Origin: Lepidodermella squamata
Taxonomy: Eukaryota; Animalia; Gastrotricha
Direction of reading: 5' to 3'
DNA: 64,000 nucleotides
Assembly: GCA_047495785.1 (NCBI GenBank)
Contig: JBLDXI010000032.1
Location: 434,001-498,000, forward strand
Shown here: in pieces, positions 50,109 through 64,000 of the stretch
How positions within the stretch are numbered: position 1 is the stretch's first letter
How the letters are laid out: the number at the start of each line of letters is the position of its first letter
Translations under genes and position numbers: made by a program
Notes under the pieces: model-generated
What the model saw: only the letters and a program-made list of their open reading frames with translations
The model's database searches: none
What the model was told of the DNA's origin: nothing

Positions 50109-51416
50109 CAAAAACACGGGTATATCTACAGTAAGAAAATATACAATTTCACTTGAATAATCCACAGCATGAAGCGAAGAACACGAATTTCAATGATCCA
50201 TGTCGCTTTTAATTATCAACGAATGGCTTCAAAGAATTTTAACGATAACTAGGTACCAGGAGAAATTCAAATAATATATCAAAGGGAAGTACTATTCAAA
50301 ATTGGCTAAATTGCGATATAAATGACGGGGAATTTTTCTGACATTGAAATTACCATAGCAGCAACACACGTGGATCTATTTTCAATCTCAAATCCGCGAA
50401 GGAGGTTCTGGAAAGGAGGGTGCGCAAAATGCGTAGGGGGCTACGGTAAAATGAAACTCAAATTCAAATGATCCAGGTAACGTTCAGGGTTCAGGGTTCA
50501 GGGCAAACCGCAGAAAGTCAGCTGAGTTTTCCGAGGCTCAAAAAAGTGCCCGCAACAAATTCACGGCGAAGGTTTTAGAAACAAATTAAAATTCTTTAAT
50601 TTTCGTTGAAAATATTAGTAGGATAACATTTTAACAGAAATTTAAATATTAAATTTGATAGACTTAATCGCAGTATTTTTAGTGGATTTGGAACCTCCAA
50701 GTCCATTGGCCGCTTTGGTCTCCAACCTCTAAATCATAACTCCTTTCATTTCCACAAACAAAAAATTCTTTGGTTGCTCAACTTCCCATTAGTAAGCTTA
50801 TGTTTATGCTTATGATCTCACGGCAGAAGTGCCCAACTTAGAAATTCACTGAGGAAATCAATTCGGATGTTCACAAATCTATTTTGACACATCGGCAAAA
50901 TATGCGGCGTCGTGTAGACCATAAACTTCTGAGAAAAACGAGGTTAGACAGTAGGTGTCCCATATCTAGTGGGTCAGCTGTGTGGGCTCAAACAGCAACA
51001 ATTGGCTGACAGCATGTTCGGCCAAGCACTTTTTCGCAGGGATTTCATTCTAGCAAGAGTCTGTTATCACGTAAATATGATCACTGATCACCCCAGCTAG
51101 TGATATTTCTTATCTCCAACACATGCTCCCCCACATATCGCGGGGTGGGCGCCGTGACGACTCGCTTAGAATGGCGTATGAACTAAACGACCAGGCGCGC
51201 GAATGACTTGGGGAAGATGAAGAAAATTACTTTTACGCCATTTGTTTTTATTCTCTAGGCCGTACTCTATGGCACCCACCCCTCGATATTTTTTTATTCA
51301 TATAGGTATGCATCAGCTGCTGCACTCTCCATACATGTCTCCATATACTCTCTCTATAAAGATCCTGACGTATAACGTGCTCAAGGCCTGTGTTTTTAGT
51401 TATTCTCATACGTATA

Positions 51417-52292
51417 ATGTCTACCAAATACAAGCTACATTATTTCGAGGTAACTTGACAGGGTTGAAAAAGCGAGAATTGTAAATATGTTTGCTTAATT
51501 TAGGGTCGCGGCCGGGCGGAAGCCATCAGATATTTGTTTCACTACGCTGGTGTTCAGTTCGAGGATTACAGATTTTCTATTCCACAATGGGTGGCGAAAG
51601 ACCCGACAAGTAAGCCCTGTGTCCCGTGTGAGAGTTCCAGTGTAAATCGAAAAATTCCCCCTTTCAGTTCCATTCTCTCTCTACGAATATGGGGAAGTTC
51701 CTGTCCTGGAGATTACCGAGAATGGCACCACACATAGATTAGCTCAAACTCTGGCGATTTCTCGTTTCCTGGCGAAACGATTCGGTGAATGAAGTCTTTT
51801 GCCTTCCGACTGACAACAACTAATACTGTTTTTCAGGTATGTGCGGCTCTTCTGAATTCGAAGCAGCGTTCTGTGATGAAATCGCCGACGTCCTGCAGGA
51901 GCCTTTCAACAAAGCTGTGCCTGTATACTACAGCGATGACGAGCACTTCAAGCAAACGACAATTGAATCACTCAGAACTGAAGAGTATCCCAGAGTTTTT
52001 GGTGCATTGGAAAAGCGCCTTGTCAAAAATGGCGGCAAGTATATTGTTGGAAATCAAGTAAGGAATACTTGAACAATATCCTTTTATATTGTATGATTCA
52101 TTCTTCGCGCAGCTAACATGGGCTGATTTTTGCGTCGCCGGGTTTCTTCGTGGTTGTCAAGATTACGTCAAGTGTCTGGCTGGTTTCATCGAATCGGAGT
52201 ACCCAAGTCTTGTAAAATTGGCCAAGTCAATTGAAGAAATTCCTGCAATTGCCCAATATATTGCCGAACGACCAAATACGGATCGCTTTTAG
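51417..52292 (+). CDS. Glutathione S-transferase (sigma-like), 5 exons
   Basis: MSTKYKLHYFE|GRGRAEAIRYLFHYAGVQFEDYR, GEVPVLEI, LAQTLAISRFLAKRFG, YIVGNQ|LTWADF. Confidence 0.93.
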
Positions 52293-52719
52293 ATACCGCT
52301 TAAAAGCGGTGCCGGACTAATAGCTGAAACTCGATTACAACATAATATAAGAGACACACAAGAAAAGAGGCATGAATGTAGGTCTGCTAACCCCCGAATT
52401 ACATCCGAATTACGACATGCGAAAAGAATTCGGGGAGAAAATTAGACCGTAAACTGAAATCCAAGGACCTCATGGCCCGAATTCACGCTTTTACACTGAA
52501 GATTATAGTAAATCATAGGCATAATTCTGATCCAACACAAATGATTCAGGAGCGCTCCGGATGAATGCACGAAGGCATAGCTTCACGTTTTTCCTTTTAG
52601 AATAATCTGCTACATATGAGATGACTTCTATCGTTGATTCAGCCATTTCGGAAAATGATTTTCCGCTATTGAGTATATTATGAAGAATATTATGGTGAAT
52701 AAAGCTAGGGTTATGAGCT

Positions 52720-53001
52720 CCATCGCATCTGCAAATGCCGGCCAATATGGGCCGACTTCAGACTCCGCCGACTGCGCTGGCTAGGACAGGCGCACTCCCC
52801 GAGTAGCCCTTCGGCCACGCCACAGGGTAAACGGGCTGTCGGGCGGCCAATAACTACTTGGCGGGTCACGATTGAAAACGACCTGCTTGAGATGGGGTTG
52901 AGCTGGGGTTCGGCGCTGTTCTCGGCCAGGGAACGGGACCTGTGGAGACGGATTTGCGTGGAGGCAGTCCGCCCCGAAAGGGGACAGCACTAACCTACTA
53001 C
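52720..53001 (+). mobile_element. 5'-truncated RTE-clade LINE remnant
   Basis: Broken frames read RRLRWLG and GKRAVGRPITTWRVTIENDL..MGLSW..A...ARERDLWR (RTE ORF C-terminus); a CTA-repeat tail; 8-bp TSD TATGAGCT at 52712-52719 and 53002-53009. Confidence 0.82.
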
Positions 53002-55076
53002 TATGAGCTTCTTCGGTTCGGGGTATTGAATTTATTACACGATTCGTGATTCTTACCCGATCTTCAGATCGAGTTTCAGTCAGATGCTCTGCTGTTATCA
53101 AATCGAATATGCCTTGTTCATAATTACCACGCATTACTGTAGAGACACGTGCTTTTGGGTGGAGAGTTGTATGTGAATTCCAGTCGAATTTCGACTCGGC
53201 CAATACGGGAATTAACGATCTCAATTTCAACCAAACTGTAATTTCTTTTCGGTCAAAACAAAACATTGAATTTAACTCACACGAGCCAGTTTATTTGTTA
53301 TTGTGTATTATCAGTATGCTTTCGATCATACTGGATAAGTGATATACCGTATTTACACATGATTTAGAAGAATGCGAAGTTGCTATGATCAATCAACATA
53401 AGGACCATTATCAATAATCATCATCGATCATATTAATTATTCCTCATTGACCAAAACCACTAACACAGCGAATTCATTCCTTCGTTTATTATCGAGAGCG
53501 AGAGAGATATATAGAGAAACATCTCCGTTTGTACACAATGGTGTGGTGGCATTGCAACAATGCACTGACGCGCGCACAAATTGTACACGAAATATTTTTT
53601 ACAACGATCAGCGAGAGAAAACTCATCTTCAACATCATCATCAGTCATGAGATATATTTACACTCTATATTCATTTTTCCCAAGGTCAACGTTAGCTATA
53701 GATATAATATTAACGTTAATAAAAACTCAATGTACATTGCGGTAAAGTGTTGGATCGGGGATACGCCTATACATTCGCGTTAATATAGTTTTCTTTGTAT
53801 GTGGCGGGTTGGTTGCTGAAGAAGAAGAAATTGTTGGAACGAGAAATAATAATCGGCAAAAAAGAAGAGAACGAAGTTCTGAAAAACATTTCAAATTACA
53901 ATACAACATAATCATCATCATCTAGCCACGACCTCTGCGTTAAGGCAGCTCTTCCGAATAAACATAGTGTATAAAGTAATATTTTGAATAATAAATCCCT
54001 AATTAATCACTTTTCACCAATAATCGCGATAGAATTATCCAAAACTAGAGTCGTATATACGCTTCTTTCTATCATGTCTTTTCAACGGCGTATCAAAATT
54101 CACGAATTTTAGCGACAAAATTATGGCGGGGAAGAACTGAATGATTCATGTACTTGCCTCATCATTGAACCAAACGCAACACAACACTCCATCATAGAAA
54201 GCAGAAAAAAAAGAAATGAATTTCGAAGCTCTTCTTTAACATAGAAATAATTTCTGCGACTTGGATAAAAGAAGAAAAATTAATTCCCGCTTAAATGCCA
54301 ACAATATAGGTAGTGTAATTCAATAATTTTTCGAATGAAATAACGTAGGAAATAAAGAAAGCGAGTAATAACGACAGTGGTAATAATTATAATAAAGCAA
54401 GCAATCATCGAATCGATATTAGACAGTTAATTACGTGATAAGGCTGCGATAAAAGCACAATGATGCAAGATAATCAAGAAAAGAAGAAAATTTAAGAAGA
54501 AGCAACTTTGCGCAAAGAAAAACAAAAATGCTGACGTCTGATTCTAAAACCAACAATTTGCAGCCACAGCCGAATCGCAACCACGATTGAATTTTTCGTC
54601 AATAGTTTAATCACTAGCATCCTCTGATAATATGGTTTCGTGTATTGTATAACTAGCGGTATGTTGGGGTAATTTTAATTACCACTGCATCTTTGATTTG
54701 ATACAAGGTTTTATCGATAAATCAGGCTCTTATACATAATCATCGTATTTTTGAAATAAAAGAAGAAATCGAGCAAACGTTTTTGTCGTCGTTCAACCGC
54801 ATGCAACTCAACTAGAGCATCATTATAGTGAAATGAACGGATAAGATCCAACGCGTCACTGTTTCGTGTGCTTTCTACGTATCCCGCCAACGTGAGAGAG
54901 AGAAGAGAGAGAAAGAAAATATAACAACGTAAAGAGAGAATTTATAACTCCACTGGAGAACGATTAGCATTGAACAAAGAAAACGTTGTTTAGTATGCAA
55001 TTCCTTTTCAGCTGTTGATTACTACCGCAAGAACCAGGTAAAAGAAACTTGTTTATTGGCATTCACCCGACCCGAC

Positions 55077-58000
55077 TTAGTTGTCTTGCCACTGCTGAAT
55101 TAAAAAAACAGCAATTAAAGAATAATGCAATTTGATGGATCAAATGTCATACCTGATCGACCGATCGGCCCAAATCGAACATCATATTGTTTTGCTGTTG
55201 AGGCTGAGGCACCCTACCCGACATGTGGGATGGCATGCCCATGCCATAGCGACCGAGGGCATCAGCTGCGTTCAAATCGAAGGGCGACTGCATCCCGCCG
55301 AGCCCTGAGCCGTCGCCCGACCACATTGGCGGCTGTTGCTGCGGCGGAACCTGCTGCTGCTGGTCCATTCCGTAGCCGGGTTCCGGCATTTGATGCGGCG
55401 GCGGCATTTGCGGCATCGGACGACCCCGCGACATGGCGAAGAAATCCGCCATTTTATTCGATCCAGCGGTTGAGTCGACGAACTTCATCGGAGATGGCAT
55501 AGCCGGCCCGGCGAAATCAGGCGGCGGCGGCATGCCAGGCCCAAACGGAGGCATGAAGCCCGGCGCACCTGGTGCGATGAAATCGCCGAGTTTAGACCGT
55601 TGCGGCTGTGGCGGTTGTTGTTGTTGTTGCTGTTGTTGTTGTTGGAAGTGGCGAGCCGCGTTGAACTGGTTCTGCTGTTGCTGAGCGAAGTGCGACTGGT
55701 CCATTGAATTCGGACCGGGCTGCTGCTGTTGCGGCGGAGGTGGTGGCACGCGGCCGTACGGGCCCATTTGCTGCGTCGGCGGCGGCGCCATTTGCTGAGC
55801 AAACCACGGCGGAATTCGATTGTTTTGGTTCATATCGTTGTTTTGAACGGGCGCAGATTGCGCTGGCATTTGAAAGTGGGACGGCATTTGAGGCGGTTGT
55901 GGCTGGCTAGGCTGTTGCTGCTGATGAGGAGCCTGCTGCTGCTGCTGTTGTTGCTGTTGCTGCATCATACGTTGCTGGTTAGCCATACCAGTCAATTGAC
56001 TCAATTGATTCAAAGCAGCCTGTAAAACACAAGAATAAAGAATACGTTAAAAAATGTCAATATTCAAAAATTCCACCTTAAAATATCAGAAAAACCGAAA
56101 TTTTACCTGAGAAATGTTCAAATTGCTCAGTTGTTGCTGTTGATGCTGCTGTTGCTGTTGCTGATGTTGTTGTTGTTGCTGCTGCTGTTGCTGTTGTTGC
56201 TGTTGTTGTTGCTGGCGTAGCATAGCAGGTAGGCTATTTGTGGGCGCAACAGCCTGGTTCATCGAGTTCGAATCATTGCGGGTCGATGGCGTGAAAACCG
56301 GCACGTCCGGATTCAGCGCCGAGTCAATTTTCGGCAAACCGAGCGCCATCGAGACGTCGCTCATCGCCGAGTTGACGACCGGCTTGCTCGCCGAACCAAA
56401 CGCGGCCAACTGCTGCATTTGATGCAGACCAGCCAACTGCGGCGGCATCATCGGCGGCAACTGGTTTCGCGACGGTGTCGACGGCAGAATCAACGGCGTC
56501 GAGCCAGACGCAGCGGAGGGCGGCGGGGTGGCCGGCGATAGCGAATTGGCACTCTGCCCGGGTTGAGGCGGGCTGATGTGCTGCCTGGGTTGTTGATTGA
56601 AATGGCCGTTACCGTTATTGCTGCCCACCATACTGTTCGAAGCACTCAACATCGCCGCAGCGATTTCGGTCAACTGTTGCTGCGACACGTGATCGGCGCG
56701 ATGCGGGTCGTACGGGCCGTTCTGCGAGAAATTCTGGTCGTAATCGCCCGGTTGCAACGCCTTACCCGGCGAGTTTTGCGCCTGTTGTTGCTGCTGCTGC
56801 AGAACATACGCCAACTGATTGACCTGTTGTTGTTGACGACCAGCAGCCACAGTTGCGAAATCATTGCTAGCATTCGCCTGGTTTTGCGCTTGTTGCTGCT
56901 GTTGGCGTTGCTGCGACGTGAAAAGGGACGTTCCGACCAGGTTCGGCGGTCCGCCGAATAAACTGAACCCGCTCGAGGCAAGACCGCTGGAGAACAGCGA
57001 GTACTCCTGAGCAGCTTGTTGCTGTTGCTGGGTCAGCGTTTGCTGGTTCTGCAGTTGTTGCTGTAATTGCTGTTGTTGTTGCTGAGACTGTTGCGCTTCG
57101 TACTGTTGTTGAATCAACGGCGAAACCTGTTGTTGCTGCATCTGGTTTTGGCTGTTCGACGCAACCACCGCAACTTGAGCTTGTTGCTTCGTTGGGATAT
57201 CGATATTTCTCGGCGAAACTAGCGGCTCGCCCGGGGACGCGTTCGACCCACTGGATCCGACTGAAACGACCGACGTAGCAGAAATCGAAGCGTTCGGCCC
57301 TTGATTCTGCCCTGACCCAGTAATAGACTGTTGTTGCTGGAACAGGGGTCGAATGCCGGTTCCGCCGGTTGAATTCGACGCGGCTGTTGTAGTTGAGGTC
57401 GCAGCCGAAGTGCCGCCACTCGCTGCTTTCGATGCGACGGAAACGTAGTCCAAAGCTGGTTTATCGCCAAAATGAGGTGCAGCCGTCGACGGGGTGGTAG
57501 CCGCAGACCCGGACGACCCGCCCGAGACAACGGAGGCAAAGGCCAAAGGTCGATTAGCATTCGAAGCCGTTTGAGCCGCCTGCTGGGTCGAATTAGCATT
57601 CGGTTTCGATCCCTGTTGCTGCTGAGTTGTCTGGTTAGTCGTCGCCGTGGCGTTAGTCGTGGCCGGGGCAGGCTGAGCCGGCGGTTGGGCCGGTGGTTCA
57701 CTCTGCCCGGTCGCCTTCAAATAGTCCGGATACTTCGCAGCTAACCCGGTGACGTCAATACCCGGCTCTTCGATAACCGACCGAATCAAATACTCAGCCA
57801 TCGCCATTTGTTGCGGCGTGCCTTTCAAAGTGGCGATATGGTCGTTCGTATCATCGCTGATCCGATCGACTTGAACACTCGAGCCGGAGAGGTCGCGAAT
57901 CTTCTTGATATTAGCACCCTGGCGGCCGATCAGTCGACTCACAACATGAGCGGGCACAACAATTTTCGGATTGATAGGCACTTTACCCGAAGTTTGACTG

Positions 58001-61000
58001 CGTTTAACCTCTCGCCAGCCGACAGTCTCTTGCTGAGCAGTGGCGTCTTTAACCGGAGTTCTGCCGGGTGATTTCGACGAAGTAGTACTGGTAATAACAG
58101 CAGCGGCCGCTGAAATAGTCGGCAAAACCTTGCCAACCGGCTTGCTGTTCGGAGTAGTCGGGTTGGTCTGGACCTGCCCGGTTTTCTGGGCCGAGTTGAC
58201 TTGACTTGAGACGCCCGATTGATTGGTAGACGAGGAAGATGCTACAACCGCTGGAACGGTTGGGGTCGATGATGTTGACGTAGTCGTGACTGTCGCGCGG
58301 GTCGAAGTCGCCGATGCAGACGACCGCGATTCGTTCTGACCCGATTTCGGCTGCAGAAGAGGAGGTGGGAAGTTGTTGGATTGTTGAGGCGGAGGTGGCG
58401 AGGACCGCTTCGCCATCTCCTTCTGAGGTTGCTTCGCCGGTTGCTGCTGCTTCTGAAAAAACTTAAAAATAAAAATCCAGCTTAAAATTAAATTTGCGTT
58501 ACTAACCTGTTTTCCGCCCTTTTTCGCCTGCTGCTTCGAAGTTTTGCCATTAGCCGGCGCTTCTTCGATCAGAACTTCCTCGACTAGCTCGATCTCCTGG
58601 ACAGGAACGCGATTCGACGCCTGGCCCCTGGACTGGTGGCTGTTTTGAGGCGGAACTCGGCTTGTGGTAGCGACTTGAACGGGCGCAACCACCTCGGGCT
58701 GGTCGTCATCGGCCAGACTCGACGCCTCGCTCGACTCGGACGAAGCCCGTTGCTTCGCGGCATTGTTCTTCGCCGTAATTTCAAGCTCTCGCAACTTCTG
58801 CTGGACCTCTTTCGTCGACTGAGTCGACCTCTCAGGCGATCGATCATCTTCGCTGTAGGACTGAGTGTCGGGGGTGTCGCGGCCTGTCTTTTGCGACGTG
58901 GCAGCGACCGCCTTGGCCGGGCCCTTTTGCTTGTCCTTTTTCCGCTTACGCTTCTCGCGTTTCTTCGCCTGTTTCGCTTCCTCGCGCTTTTTCTCAATTT
59001 CAATAATTTCAAGCAGCTGTTTTGCATTTCGTGACGCTTCAAGCGCCTGCTGCTCCTTAGCCTGGCCGATAATTTCAAGGCACTTGCGGCAGTTGTTGAG
59101 GAGTTCCTGATCAGTCAACGTGGTCATATAACGCTCACACTCCTGGTCCGACGGGAACTGTTTGACGTAGTTGACGAGGTAATTCACGACCTTGACGTGG
59201 CCTCGCCTGAACGCGGCCATCAGGCATGAAATCTTGCGATTGTCATCAGAATTCACATCGGCATCAGCCGCCACGAGCAGTTTCACAACGTCGAGATGGC
59301 CGCCGTTGCAAGCCAACCACAGAGGCGAACATCCCTTCTTGTTCTTCACATCAACCAGCGTGCCGTGTTCGAGCAGCAGCTGCACGAATAGGGCGTGGCC
59401 TTTATCGGCAGCGATGTTGAGGGTCGTATCGCGCGACAACGGGACAGGCTGAGCGTTCACCTCAGCGTCGTGAGCGATCAAGATCTTCCCGACCTCGACA
59501 TAACCGCCAGAAGCGGCTTCCATGAGAGGGGTGAGGCCGGTCTTGGCACGATGTTCGATGTTAGCGCCATGCTCAAGGAGCAATTGAACGACTTCATGAC
59601 GACCCTAAATTACAAAATATTGAAAATAATATTTTTAAGGAGGATTTTTTATTTACCTGGAAGCAAGCAAGAGTTAAGGCTGTGTTGCGGTTGGTTTCGA
59701 TTTGCGCGTTCACGTCACAACGATTTTCGAGTAGCATTTTAACGGCTGCAGTGTGGCCGTTCATCGACGCCAACATAAGGGGCGAAATGCCGAGTTTGCT
59801 ACCCGTTCGCGAGTTGATTTCAGCGCCGTGGTCCAGCAGCAGCTTGATAATCTGGCAAAAGCCGCCCGAAGCTGCCAAACTCAACGGCGTGTAGTCGGAG
59901 ACGTTGCGATGCTCTTTATTCGCGCCGTATTCGAGGAGGAGTTGAACAACCTCGAAGCGGCCGCCTGAGCAGGCGAGGGATAGAGCTGTGTCTTTCGTCC
60001 GCTCAGCCTCGGCTTCGATTTTGGCGCCGTGGTCGAGAAGAAGTTTACACACGTTCGTATGACCAGCCATAGCCGCGAGAATTAACGGGGTGAAGCCTTT
60101 TTTATCGCGATGTTCGATATCGGCACCGTTGTCGATCAGGTACTTGACCAGATCCACGTAACCACCAGCACATGCCAGAGTTAGAGCGGTGTCGTGATTC
60201 GACTCAGTCTGCGCGTTCAGGTCGATTAGCGGGGGCGGACAGGCTTGCAGGGTCTGGGCAGCAGCTGCGGCGGCTGCGGCTGCAACGGCGGCAGCAGCGG
60301 CCGGCGAAGCAACCCTGGTGTTATTCGGCTGTTCTGGCGGTAGGGCGACATTAGGCGAGGCGAGGGCGACCGCGTCGATATCTGACGTTTGGTCGTTATT
60401 CGGTAGAGTTTGCGGAGGTTGGGTGGTGGACGACGCTTTCGGCCGCCGCAACAACGCAGCCATTCGCTCTTTCAACACGCGACCCTCCGGGCATTGCGCC
60501 GCTTCTTCGATGAATTTCGACAGTAACTCCGGGTTCTGCTCGGATTTGAAGTACTTTTCGAGGATCGAAGGCAAATCGGCGAGATTTGCGTGCGGGTGCC
60601 GGGGACAGCCGGCGTGCGACGAGGTTTGAGGTTGCAGCTGCTGCTGTGACGAAGACGATTTCGCTGATTTGGCCGGTTTGCTGTTGCTTGCGGTGCTGGA
60701 ACTCGCCGATGTTACCGACGACTCGGACGAATTTGACGTCGAGGTGGTGGTGGTAGACGAAGTCGAGGTTGCACTGACACTGACACTCGTTGTAGTGACA
60801 TTGATGGTATGTGTCACCTGAGTGCTCGATGCAGGCGGGGTAGGCGGTGGAGCGGCGATTGCCGGTACTACCGGCGGCGGTTGGATAGCGACCGGAAGCG
60901 GGGCTTGAAGGGCTCCGCTTGGTAACGATGTGGCCGGTATCAGAGTCGCGGTGGTGGGTGTAGTGCCAGGTGGCACGCCCGTGGGCGGATTTCCCACGAT

Positions 61001-64000
61001 GCCGAGGACGACTTGCTGGTTGTTCTGCGAACCGATCAGCAAATGCTGCCCGGTGTGCGTCACGCCGATGTAGAGAGGCTGGTTCGATTCGACCACCGTC
61101 GAATTACCGCCAGAGGTCGTCAGTAGCAATCCCTGTAAAAATTCAGAAAAAATATATTATAACACCCAGCTTAATAATGTTGAGATATTTAACATCTTTT
61201 CATTTTTCCTGGTTTTGCTCAGAGCAAATATCATTTAAGACTCAAATAAAAGAGCGTCTTCAAAATTTCGGCCAACTATAGCGCCGTTGCACAAAGCGTA
61301 AATAAATTGTTTACTGTAATGCGATTATTTCAGTATCCATGTCCTGAATAATTGGGTCAAAATTTAAAATCTTACCTGAGAATAGAAGGGGTGCTGTTTT
61401 TTGAGGTCTTCGTCGGAAATAGAGCCTTTCCGGCTCGAGCTGTCCGAGTCGCCGCCTTGCGAGGACGAATCCGCGCCGGGTGGAGGCGACAGGAAGAGTT
61501 GCGGCGGTGGGACGACTCCCACGGTTTCGCCACCCGCCGTCGCTTGCGTGGAGCTAAATTGCAATTGGAAGGTGGTAGTCGTTGCGATAGGCATAATGAC
61601 GGCCTGGGTTGCCGCCGCGTTGGCACCGCCGGGGTACGATACGATGGCAGCGAGTTGTTGCTGCTGCGCCGGGTCGATCGGAGTAACGACGTTTTCCAAC
61701 GAAATAGGCACGGTTTCACCACCAGGCTGCGCCAGGTCCAACCGCAAGGCACCCCACATTGCCGGGTCGACGGCAGACGATAGAGGCACGATGGGAAGTT
61801 GAGGCGGTACCGGCGGAGGTGGAGGCGCAGGAGGCGGGGTCGATGTCGAGGTCTTATTCGGTTGTGGCGCACCGCCAGTTCTTTTCGCGGTCTGCTTCTT
61901 TTGATCAACCGAAGGCGCTGGCATGGGAGGCAACGGAGGCGGTGGTAGAGTTGGCACGAAAGGTGTTTCAATACCCTCTTGTTGTTGTTGCAACTGTTGC
62001 TGGGCCGCTAAGCCAGCCATCCCCTCCGGGTAGCTGTAAAGCAACTCAACAATCTTCATATGACCACCCTTAGCCGCCTCGATTATCATCGTCGAACCGT
62101 CCTTCAGCTTGAAAGTCGGGTCAGCTCCATGGCTCAAAAGAGTCTTCACCACCTCGTAATGACCGCCATAACATGCGATTGAAAGGACGTTATGTTCACC
62201 GTTAGATGTAGTCCGGTTCACGGAAGCCCCCTTAGCAATCAACATACGCACGGTTTGCACATGTCCCGCTCGAGCAGCCTTCATCAACGGAGTCCGGCCG
62301 CCCTCGGATTCGTGCTCGATCTCAGCACCATGCGCCAATAATAACTCCGCAACGCTAGTATGGCCATTCTCGCACGCCATCGTGAAAGCCGTGTCGTTGT
62401 TCACCGACTTGGCGTTGACATTTGCCTTCATTTTCAGTAGATACCTCACGATTTCTTCATGACCCTCTTGACTCGCTTCCATTAGCGGGGTCGACGGGCC
62501 TAGTTCGATATTAGCGCCGGCTTCAATCAACGTTTCAACAACGTCGAGATAACCGGAGCCACATGCGAGTGTTAAGGCGGTTTCTTGCGTCTCCTCAGCT
62601 TGCGCGTTGACATTCGCGCCATGCTCCAGTAACAGCTTCACCATATCGACATGGCCCTCTCGAGCCGCTTCCATCAAAGGCATGTAACCTTCGTCGTTAG
62701 CTTCGTCGACATTTGCGTTGCGCTCGAGGAGCAGTTTGGCTAGTTCGATGTGGGCACCACAGGCAGCGAGGGTTAAAGGCGATTCGAAGCTATCAGGCGG
62801 CATGTTGACTTGCGCACCTCGATCGATTAGAAGCCGCGCCACGTCGGTGTGGCCGTCCATGGAAGCTTCCATCAGAGCCGTATGCAATTCTTCGGCTCGA
62901 TGCTCAGGGTCGGCACCGCCAACGTCTAAAAGATACCGCACAACTTCGATGTGGCCTTTGTAGGCCGCGAGGGTGAGGGCACTTTCTTTGTAGTCGTCGG
63001 AATGAGCGTTGACGCCCGCTCCGGCTTCCACAAGCGCTCGGCATAGCGATAAATGACCAGCGCCCGCAGCATCCATCAATGGAGTGTGGCCGCTTTCATT
63101 CTGCTTCTCTAAATCGGCACCAGCTTCGATAAGAGCCTTCACAATGCCCTCATGACCCGCTTTAGCCGCTATGTGAAGCGCGGTATCACCATTTAGAGTT
63201 TGAAGATTCGGATTTGCGAGGTGCTGAAGTAGAAGGCGAACGATTTCTTCATGGCCACCACTAGCGGCAGCCATTAGAGGAGTAAGGTCACCTTTGGCTC
63301 CTCGGTCATCCACAGGTTGCCTCATGTCAAGTAATACCTGAAAATGAAAAAATGATGACTGCTTCGATTCAACATTGGTGACTAAACGCTTACATGAACA
63401 AGCTCATAACAACCTGCGGAACTTGCGAGGACGAGGAGAGAGTCGCTTTCTTCATGCGGACCTTGGCACTCAAGAAATGTTCTCAAAGCATTGAGGTCGC
63501 TTTCAGCTGCCTCGGGAAAACAGTTATCATGATTATGCGCTTCGGCATCAGAGGCGAGGGCTGTAGCGTTAGCCTGATCAATCATCTGCTGGAAGCAATT
63601 TAGGAAACTCTCGGCAGGAACACTATCGATGGCTATAAAATAGGTAAACCAATCGCTAGATGTTGAAAGCGATGTAGAATAGTTTGACATACCTTTCATC
63701 GCCAGCATTTCACCTAATCGCGTAGGATTCGGCAGAAGCTGGGGAATGACATAATGAACACTATCCGACGAGTCGCCCCTTTCGCTGTTTGTCTAAAAAC
63801 GAAAAAAAATATGATTGAGCACCTTAAAAGCGCCAAGATTCATGAATCTTACACCAACAGCAGCACAATCTGAAAAATTCGAGTCAGCAGGGCGCTTGCG
63901 ACTATCGCGAGAAACGGATTTAGGCTGCAGTGTGCCTTCACTATTACGAAAAACTTTAACACGTTTAGCCAATGCTTTCTTTCCGGCTTCTTCGGCTGCA
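55077..64000 (-). CDS. ANKHD1: Ankyrin repeat and KH domain protein (MASK/ANKHD1/ANKRD17); the 5' end probably lies beyond the window
   Basis: Two ankyrin blocks (TPLMEAAREGH; TESNHDTALTLAC, RNVSDYTPLSLAASGG, RAKTGLTPLMEAASGG), a basic coiled coil, a KH domain (VSRLIGRQGANIKKIR) and a Q/P-rich tail. The last micro-exon QWQDN* ends at 55077. Confidence 0.96.

Noticed and set aside
50482-50503. (GTTCAGG)x3 telomere-like repeat
   Set aside because: Only three units; insufficient to call an interstitial telomere.
55125-63603. Numerous + strand and alternate-frame ORFs over MASK
   Set aside because: Antisense shadows of GC-rich, low-complexity coding sequence.

Overview
Gene-dense eukaryotic DNA from an invertebrate animal (species not determinable), with mostly short GT-AG introns and the standard genetic code. 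About 17 protein-coding genes can be reconstructed by hand: a forkhead factor with an intronic tRNA-Lys, a CD225/dispanin-like protein, an ApoL-like protein, a NOL4-tail transcription factor, a clan-3 CYP, a SAM methyltransferase, a WAP protein, IRE1, a cyclophilin, WDR13, an orphan GPCR, an SLC16 transporter, CCZ1, UBALD, MMD/PAQR, a GST and ANKHD1/MASK. Several MITEs and an RTE remnant are also present. The most notable locus is at 9.5-15.1 kb (minus strand). Two separate ATG-containing exons encode different transposase-type DNA-binding domains (THAP and CENP-B/pogo HTH). Each ends at a phase-0 donor that joins in frame to one shared tail carrying a CtBP-type ALDLS motif and the NOL4/NOL4L C-terminal helix. 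About 2.4 kb upstream lies a pogo/Tc2-type MITE with a P-type element nested inside it, i.e. the two transposon classes that use those same domains. All family assignments are from remembered motifs; no database search was run.
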